From an uncultured Gemmatimonadales bacterium (GTDB lineage Bacteria; Gemmatimonadota; Gemmatimonadetes; Longimicrobiales; Longimicrobiaceae): a stretch of 64,000 nt of DNA. Every line of letters begins with the position of its first letter. Within the stretch, counting starts at the first letter, position 1. Location: assembly GCA_963716255.1 (NCBI GenBank), contig OY970303.1, positions 4,128,001-4,192,000 on the forward strand. The letters are read 5' to 3'. Made by a program: the position numbers and the translations under genes. Shown here piece after piece: positions 57,995 through 64,000 of the stretch. A model generated the notes under the pieces. It was not told the origin of the DNA, did not search any database, and saw only the letters and a program-made list of their open reading frames with translations.

Positions 57995-59371
57995 ATGCAG
58001 CCTCTTTCCCGCTCTCCGCGCGCGCTGCTGCGCCGCGTCCTGCCGGCGGTCGCGCTGGCGCTGGCGGCGCTCGCCCCCCTGGACCTCGCCTCGCAGGGGC
58101 CGCTGTCCGCGCCGTCCCTCCCGTCCGCGGCCCCCGGGGACGGCGCGGAGCCGGGCGTGTTCCTGCTCACCATGGGGCAGGGCGACATGGTGTGGGAGCG
58201 CTTCGGGCACGACGCCATCTGGATCCACGACCCGGTGGCGGGGACGGACCAGGTGTACAACTACGGGATGTTCGACTTCCGCTCGCCGGGGTACTGGCAG
58301 CGCTTCATGAAGGGGAACTGGATCTACCAGGTGGGCGCCGTGGACCTGGGGCGCACCCTGGCGGAGTACCGGTACCTGAACCGCTCGGTGTGGGCGCAGG
58401 AGCTGAACCTGACGCCCGCGCAGAAGCGGGAGGTGCAGGCCTTCCTGGAGTGGAACGTCCAGCCGGCGAACCGCGAGTACCTGTACGACTACTACCGGGA
58501 CAACTGCTCCACCCGCATCCGCGACGTGATCGACCGGGCGGCGGGCGGGCGGCTGCGCGCGGCCACGGCGGGACATCCCACCGGGACCACCTACCGCTGG
58601 CACAGCGAGCGGCTGGTGGAGGGCGATCGGCTGGTGTACTTCGGGCTGCTGGGCGGCCTGGGCCCCGCGGCGGACCGCCCCATCGACCGGTGGGAGGAGA
58701 TGTTCCTCCCCGGCAAGGTGCGGGAGCAGGTGCGCCGTGTGCGGGTGCCGGACGCGAGCGGGCGGATGGTGCCGCTGGTGAAGGCGGAGGTCACGCTCTT
58801 CGAGGCGACGGGCCGCGCGCCGGAGGCCGCGGAGCCGCCCTTCTGGCTGCCCTGGTACCTGCTGGCCGGGCTCGCCCTGGGCGGGGCGCTCGCGGGGCTG
58901 GGCGCGCTGGCGCGGCGCTCGGCGGCGGCGCGCGTGGGCCTGGCGGCGCTCGGGGGGCTGTGGTCGCTGGTGGGCGGCGTGGGCGGAAGCGTCCTGCTGG
59001 GGCTGTGGACGCTGACCAACCACCGCATCGCCTTCCGCAACGAGAACCTGCTCCAGTTCGACCCGCTGGCGCTGGGGCTGGTGGTGCTGGTTCCCGCGGT
59101 GGCGCTGGGCGCGCGGTGGGCGGCACGCCCCGCGCGGATGCTGGCGCTGGCCGTGGCCGCGCTGTCCGTGCTGGGGCTGGTGATGCAGGTGCTCCCCGGC
59201 CTGGACCAGGTGAACGGCACGATGATCGCTTTCACGCTGCCGGTGCACCTGGGGCTCGCCTGGGCCGTGGTGAGGAACTGTAGGGGACAGGAAGCAGGGG
59301 ACAGGGGACAGCCGGCAACGGCAGGCAATCCCGCGGCGCGCAAGCGGGGGGCGCTGGCGGGGCCGCAGTAA
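57995..59371 (+). CDS. DUF4105 / Lnb-like membrane protein (putative lipoprotein N-acyltransferase)
   Basis: FGH.AI, YNYGMFDF, Y.YDYYRDNCSTRIRD and FLP motifs; 4-5 C-terminal TM helices. Confidence 0.82.
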   Translation: MQPLSRSPRALLRRVLPAVALALAALAPLDLASQGPLSAPSLPSAAPGDGAEPGVFLLTMGQGDMVWERFGHDAIWIHDPVAGTDQVYNYGMFDFRSPGYWQRFMKGNWIYQVGAVDLGRTLAEYRYLNRSVWAQELNLTPAQKREVQAFLEWNVQPANREYLYDYYRDNCSTRIRDVIDRAAGGRLRAATAGHPTGTTYRWHSERLVEGDRLVYFGLLGGLGPAADRPIDRWEEMFLPGKVREQVRRVRVPDASGRMVPLVKAEVTLFEATGRAPEAAEPPFWLPWYLLAGLALGGALAGLGALARRSAAARVGLAALGGLWSLVGGVGGSVLLGLWTLTNHRIAFRNENLLQFDPLALGLVVLVPAVALGARWAARPARMLALAVAALSVLGLVMQVLPGLDQVNGTMIAFTLPVHLGLAWAVVRNCRGQEAGDRGQPATAGNPAARKRGALAGPQ

Positions 59372-59442
59372 CCCCTCACCCCCCGGCCCCCTCTCCCACA
59401 AGGGGGAGCGTGGCGAGCCTCAAGCGAGCCGGGTGGGGGCCC
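59372..59442. repeat. REP-like palindrome cluster
   Basis: cccctcacccccggccccctctcccacaagggggag...gcgagcctcaagcgagccgggtgggggccc. Confidence 0.75.
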
Positions 59443-59466
59443 TCAGCGGACGCCAGCGCGATGCCC

Positions 59467-59593
59467 GCGTGAGGGATGCGAGCGCGAAGCGGCGAGACCC
59501 GCGGGCAGTTTCGCGGGGCTCGCCTCCGTTACGCACAGTTTCATCGTGCGTTACGGAGCCGCAGCCCGACCCCGCGTCGGCGGGGGCACGCCC
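59467..59593 (+). repeat. Structured dispersed element, copy L
   Basis: Same subtype as copy B (TGCG/CGCA, CGC-GAA-GCG). Confidence 0.95.
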
Positions 59594-59639
59594 GAGCCCG
59601 CAGTCCGTACTCGGTTCAGACGACGCCAGAGAGAGGAGC

Positions 59640-59996
59640 ATGGAGGTCCAGATCTTCGGCACCAAGAAGTGCAAGGAATCGCAGAAGGCGCTGCGCTTCT
59701 TCAAGGAGCGCCGCATCAGGACGCACTTCGTCGACCTGGCGGTGAAGGCCGCCTCGCAGGGCGAGCTCAGGCGCTTCGCCCAGAAGTTCGGCGCGGAGGC
59801 GCTGCTGGACCGCGAGGGGAAGCGCTTCCGCGAGCGCGGGCTGCACGTGGCGCACGTGTCGGAGGCGCGCGTCCTGCCCATGCTGGAGGAGGACCCGGCG
59901 CTGCTGCGGACGCCGCTTCTGCGCTCGGGGAACCTGCTGTCGCTGGGATGGGACGAGGCGGAGTGGAAGGAGCGCGTGAAGCAGGCTACGTCGTGA
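59640..59996 (+). CDS. ArsC/Spx/MgsR family protein
   Basis: QIFGTKKC..S.KA.RFFKER and P.LLRTP motifs; RBS GAGGAG. Confidence 0.85.
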   Translation: MEVQIFGTKKCKESQKALRFFKERRIRTHFVDLAVKAASQGELRRFAQKFGAEALLDREGKRFRERGLHVAHVSEARVLPMLEEDPALLRTPLLRSGNLLSLGWDEAEWKERVKQATS

Positions 59997-60018
59997 CGGA
60001 CGAACGCGAGGAGGCCCG

Positions 60019-60579
60019 GTGAGGATCGTGGCGGGGAAGTGGGCGGGGCGGCACCTGACCTCGCCGCCGGACCGCCGCGTGCGCCCCACGGCGGAGGGGG
60101 TGCGCGACGCCTGGATGAAGCTGGTGGAGCCGTACCTGGAGGGGGCTCGCCTGATCGACCTGTTCGCGGGGACGGGGGCGCTGGGGCTGGAGGCGATGTC
60201 GCGCGGGGCGAAGTTCGCGGACTTCGTGGAGGACCGCCCCGCCAGCCTGCACGCCCTCAAGGCCAACATCGCCGCGCTGCACGTGCGCGAGCGCACCCGC
60301 GTGTTCAAAAAGGACGCGCTGCGCTTCGCGGCGGCGCTGGAGGCGGGGAGCTACGACCTGGCGTTCGCGGACCCGCCCTACGGCTCGCGGATGCTGGACC
60401 GGCTGGTGGAGGGGTGGCAGGCGCGTCCCTTCTCCCCCATCCTGGCCGTGGAGCACGCCGCCGACCACGACCTGCCCCCGGGCGGCAGGCGCTACCTGCT
60501 GGAAGACCCCACCGCCGTCACCCTGTACCGCGCGCCCAAGCGCGCCGCCTCTCTTCCTCCCGCCGATCCCGAGCCGTGA
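60019..60579 (+). CDS. rsmD: 16S rRNA m2G966 methyltransferase RsmD family
   Basis: RIVAG, RPT...VR, DLFAGTGALGLEA.SRGA and DPPY motifs. Confidence 0.9.
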   Translation: MRIVAGKWAGRHLTSPPDRRVRPTAEGVRDAWMKLVEPYLEGARLIDLFAGTGALGLEAMSRGAKFADFVEDRPASLHALKANIAALHVRERTRVFKKDALRFAAALEAGSYDLAFADPPYGSRMLDRLVEGWQARPFSPILAVEHAADHDLPPGGRRYLLEDPTAVTLYRAPKRAASLPPADPEP

Positions 60580-61064
60580 CCGACCCCACCCCGCGCATCC
60601 GCCCCGCCGCCGCCGACGACGCGGACACGTTCCTGGCGCTGGTGGATGCCCTCGCCGACTACGAGAAGCTGGACCGCCCCACCCCCGCGGCGCGCGAGCG
60701 GCTGCTGCGCGACGCGTTCGGGCCGGAGCCGCGCATCCGCGTGCACCTGGCCGAGCTGGACGGGCGGGCGGTGGCGTACACCATCACGCTGGACACGTAC
60801 TCGTCGTTCCTGGCGCTGCCCACGCTGTACCTGGAGGACCTGTTCGTCCTCCCCGGGGCGCGGCGCGCCGGGGTGGGCGCGGCGTTCTTCCGCTTCCACG
60901 CCGGCGAGGCGGCGCGCGGGGGGTACGGGCGCATGGAGTGGGTGGTGCTGGACTGGAACCAGCTCGCCATCGACTTCTACGAGAAGCTGGGGGCGAGTCG
61001 CCTCACGGACTGGTACACGTACCGGCTGACGGCGGAGCAGCTGCGGGAGATCGCGGGGGCGTAG
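60576..61064 (+). CDS. GNAT family N-acetyltransferase (SSAT-like)
   Basis: LADYEK, LYLEDLFV, R..GVG and W.VLDWN..AI.FY..LGA motifs. Confidence 0.9.
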   Translation: MTDPTPRIRPAAADDADTFLALVDALADYEKLDRPTPAARERLLRDAFGPEPRIRVHLAELDGRAVAYTITLDTYSSFLALPTLYLEDLFVLPGARRAGVGAAFFRFHAGEAARGGYGRMEWVVLDWNQLAIDFYEKLGASRLTDWYTYRLTAEQLREIAGA

Positions 61065-61114
61065 CGGCCGCACGGGGGCGGCCGGCGGACACCGGACGGG
61101 ACCGGGAGGCGCGC

Positions 61115-61906
61115 ATGGCGAAAGCGAGCGGCGAGGTGGAGCTGCACCACGAGACGACGGGCGAGGGCGAGCCCGTGCTCTTCCTGCACGGCTTCCCCTT
61201 CACGGGGGCGCTGTGGCGCCCCGTCGTGGAGCGGCTGGCGGACGGCTGGCGCTGCATCGTCCCCGACCTGCGGGGGATGGGGCGCAGCCCGGCGACGGGC
61301 GCGGCGGGGATGGACGATTACGCGGACGACCTGGCGCGGCTCCTGGACACACTGGGGGAAACGCGGCCGGTGGCGGTGGTGGGGATGTCCATGGGCGGGT
61401 ACGTGGCATTCGCCCTGGCGCGGCGCCACCCGGAGCGGGTGCGGGCGCTGGCGCTGGTGGACACGCGCGCCGAGCCCGACACGGAGGAAGGCGCCCGCGG
61501 CCGGCTCGCCACCGCGGAGCGGGTGCTGCGCGAGGGGAGCCGCGTGGTGGCGGACGACATGGTGGGGAAGCTGTTCGCCGCGTCCGCGCCGGAGGATCTG
61601 CGCTCCCGCTGGCACGCCGTCATGGCGGCGACTCCGCCGCAGGGCGTCGCCGCGGCGCTGCGGGGGATGGCCGCGCGCCCGGATTCGCTGGAGACGCTGC
61701 GCACCTTCGGCCGCCCCGTGCTGGTGGTGGTGGGCGCGGAGGACACCGTCACGCCGGTGGAGAGCGCCCGGCGCATGGCGGAGGCGGTCCCCGGCGCGCG
61801 GCTGGAGACGCTGCCCGGGGCGGGGCACATGGCGGTCGTGGAGCGCCCGGACGCCGTGGCCGGGGCGCTGCGGCGCTTCCTGGACTCACTGCCGCCCGTC
61901 GCATGA
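61115..61906 (+). CDS. Alpha/beta hydrolase
   Basis: LHGFP, PDLRGMGRS, GMSMGG and AGH motifs. Confidence 0.9.
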   Translation: MAKASGEVELHHETTGEGEPVLFLHGFPFTGALWRPVVERLADGWRCIVPDLRGMGRSPATGAAGMDDYADDLARLLDTLGETRPVAVVGMSMGGYVAFALARRHPERVRALALVDTRAEPDTEEGARGRLATAERVLREGSRVVADDMVGKLFAASAPEDLRSRWHAVMAATPPQGVAAALRGMAARPDSLETLRTFGRPVLVVVGAEDTVTPVESARRMAEAVPGARLETLPGAGHMAVVERPDAVAGALRRFLDSLPPVA

Positions 61907-62190
61907 CCGGCCGATTCTCCCGGTTTGGCCGGAAGCGAATTCCGCGCAGCGTGCTTCCGCCTTGTAGCCTGACTGTTTAGCGCCGGCGCCGGTTCCAGGA
62001 AACCGGCACCGGCTCCTGGCCCGTGAATTGCCAGTTATTTTGCGCCACCAATCGACAGGAGGTTTGTCTGGGTGGTGGCTGCGGGCCCGCTCAGGGTGGT
62101 CACAGTGCCTGCTGCACGGCGGGGGACGCCCCGGCGGGGTGGGCGACGGGAGAGACGGCCGACACAGGGAGACTCAACCCAGGAGGGACG

Positions 62191-62634
62191 ATGCTGAAGA
62201 CGATCAGGGGACTGGTGCTGGCGGTGGGAATGCTGGCCGCGGGCGTCACGCTGGCCGCAGCGCACGCGCCGGAGGTGGAGGCCGTGGCGTGGGCGTGGGA
62301 CCAGGGAACGCTCTCCTTCACGAACACGCAGTCCAGCGAGGCCGCACAGGAGACCTCGGCCAGCGGGGCAGCGGGGGCGATCCGCTTCCAGGGGAGCCTG
62401 CAGACGCCGAACCCGTGCTACGACGTGACCGCGGCGCAGCGGCAGCGCGGCAAGCGAGTCATCGTCACGGTAACCGCGACGCCCACGGACGGGTTCTGCA
62501 CGCAGGTGATCACCTACAACAACTACTCGGGCCAGGTGTCCGGGCTCGCCGCGGGGACGTACGACTTCCAACTGGTGCAGGTGGTCGGCGGCCGGTCCAC
62601 GACGGTGCTCACCCAGCAGGTGACGGTGAGCTGA
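62191..62634 (+). CDS. Secreted hypothetical protein
   Basis: RBS AGGAGG; signal peptide; TPNPCY...CTQVI...L.AGTY pattern. Confidence 0.75.
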   Translation: MLKTIRGLVLAVGMLAAGVTLAAAHAPEVEAVAWAWDQGTLSFTNTQSSEAAQETSASGAAGAIRFQGSLQTPNPCYDVTAAQRQRGKRVIVTVTATPTDGFCTQVITYNNYSGQVSGLAAGTYDFQLVQVVGGRSTTVLTQQVTVS

Positions 62635-62655
62635 ACCGCTTGAACGGCCTGGTCC

Positions 62656-62784
62656 GGGCGTGCCCCTCGCTGGCGCGAGGGTCGGGCTTCGGCTCCGTTA
62701 CGCAGCAAACGACGCTGCGTAACGGAGTCGAGCCCCGCGAAACTGCCCGCGGGTCTCGCCCCTTCGGGCCGAAATCCCTCACGC
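62656..62784 (-). repeat. Structured dispersed element, copy M
   Basis: Reverse-complement copy; P6 covaries to CCCTCGC/GCGAGGG. Confidence 0.95.
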
Positions 62785-62817
62785 AAGTGCCGACGTGGCA
62801 GCAGGATTCCCTCTGTT

Positions 62818-62874
62818 GCCCCCTCTCCCAGAATTGGGAGAGGGGGGCGAGCCTCAAGCGAGCCGGGTGAGGGC
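62818..62874. repeat. REP-like palindrome
   Basis: cccctctcccagaattgggagagggggcgagcctcaagcgagccgggtgagggc. Confidence 0.75.
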
Positions 62875-62883
62875 TGCGGTTCC

Positions 62884-63966
62884 CTAGCTTCCTGCCGTTT
62901 CCCCTTCCAGGATCCGCTGTTTTCGCTCCGCGCCCCAGCGGTAGCCGCCGTGGGCGCCGTCGCCGCGGACGGCGCGGTGGCAGGGGATCACCAGGGCCAC
63001 CGGGTTGCTTGCGCAGGCGCGGCCCACCGCGCGCGCCGCCCCGGGGCTGCCCAGCGCGGCGGCGATCTCGCCGTAGCTGCGGGTGCTGCCGCGGGGGATC
63101 TCGCGCAGCGCCTGCCACACCCGCAGCTGGAATGCGGTGGCGCGCAGGTCCAGCGGCAGGTCGGGGGCGGGGGCGCGGCCCCCGGCGGCCTCCACCACGG
63201 CGCGGGCCCACTCGTCCAGCGCGCCGTCCGCGGGCTCCACCTGCGCGCCCGGGAACTCGCGCCGCAGCGCCGCCTCCAGCTCCGCGTCCGCGTCGCCCAG
63301 CGCCACCGAGCAGACGCCGCGCTCCGTGGCCGCCACCAGCAGGCGCCCCAGCGCGCAGGGGACCACGGTGAAGCGGATGCGCACGCCCCGGCCGCCGCGC
63401 CGGTACGCCGCCGGCGTCATCCCCAGCCGCTCGGCACCCGCCTCGTAGAGGCGGCTCCCCGACCCGTACCCCGCCTCGAAGCCGGCGCGGCTGACGCTTC
63501 CCCCGCCGCGAAGCGCCTCGCGCAGCCGCTCGGCGCGCCGGGCCGCCGCGTACTCCCGCGGCGACACCCCCACCAGGCGCTTGAAGACGCGCTGCAGGTG
63601 GTGGGGGCTCATGGCCGCCACGCGCCCCAGTTGCTCCAGCGTGACGCTCTCCTCCGGGTGCGCGTCCAGGTGCTCGCGTGCCCGGCGCACCGACTCGGCC
63701 GCGGGGGAGGGGCGCGCCCCGCGCGGGCGGCAGCGCCGGCACTCCCGGTATCCCGCCGCCTCCGCGTCGTCCGGGGTGGGAAAGAAAACGACGTTCTCGC
63801 GCCGCGGCCTGCGCGACGGACAGGAGGGGCGGCAGTACACCCCGGTGGTGGCCACCGCGTACACCAGGCGCCCGTCCAGCAGCGCGTCGCGCCCCTGCAC
63901 CGCCTCCCACGCCGCCCCGTCGTCGATCTGCCGGGCCGCCGGGCCCGCGCTCGCCGTCGCCGCCAT
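62884..63966 (-). CDS. ada: Bifunctional Ada regulator / O6-methylguanine-DNA methyltransferase
   Basis: TTGVYCRPSC and CRRC zinc domain; AraC HTH; IPCHR active site. Confidence 0.95.
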   Translation of the reverse strand: MAATASAGPAARQIDDGAAWEAVQGRDALLDGRLVYAVATTGVYCRPSCPSRRPRRENVVFFPTPDDAEAAGYRECRRCRPRGARPSPAAESVRRAREHLDAHPEESVTLEQLGRVAAMSPHHLQRVFKRLVGVSPREYAAARRAERLREALRGGGSVSRAGFEAGYGSGSRLYEAGAERLGMTPAAYRRGGRGVRIRFTVVPCALGRLLVAATERGVCSVALGDADAELEAALRREFPGAQVEPADGALDEWARAVVEAAGGRAPAPDLPLDLRATAFQLRVWQALREIPRGSTRSYGEIAAALGSPGAARAVGRACASNPVALVIPCHRAVRGDGAHGGYRWGAERKQRILEGETAGS

Positions 63967-64000
63967 GGTGCCTCCCTCCGTTGGTCGTGGCTCCGTTCCG

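Noticed and set aside
205..62784. CRISPR array, or tRNA/tmRNA identity for the repeated element
   Set aside because: Copies are dispersed, not regularly spaced with unique spacers. No cas genes, and no T-loop/anticodon/CCA pattern.

Overview
Very GC-rich bacterial chromosomal window. Gene content and repeat style suggest Gemmatimonadota/Longimicrobium-like (inference only). About 62 supportable CDS, mostly housekeeping or accessory: three peptidases (M20, M19, M28), modABC, tandem S8 subtilase paralogs, an mprF-acvB operon, trmO, fdhD, an M13 peptidase, a Fur-boxed piuA/piuC/piuB-like iron-uptake locus, lactate 2-monooxygenase, hslO, a TIR-STAND-WD40 NLR-like protein, a Phd/PIN toxin-antitoxin pair, cinA, an Lnb-like DUF4105 protein, rsmD and ada. 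No rRNA, tRNA, CRISPR, transposase or integrase was recognised. The most striking feature is non-coding: a 127-143 bp structured element (GCGTGAGGGAT...AGCCCGACC...GCACGCCC) present in 13 intergenic copies. It shows compensatory covariation in all six predicted stems, and 11 of 13 copies lie in the same orientation just past a stop codon. It often joins a second REP-like palindrome family, and one of its hairpin arms also occurs alone as a tandem triplet. The second highlight is a DUF4157 (eCIS-core) protein whose C-terminus looks like a Tgl-type transglutaminase domain. All calls come from motif recognition by eye; no database searches were run, and start codons were chosen manually.
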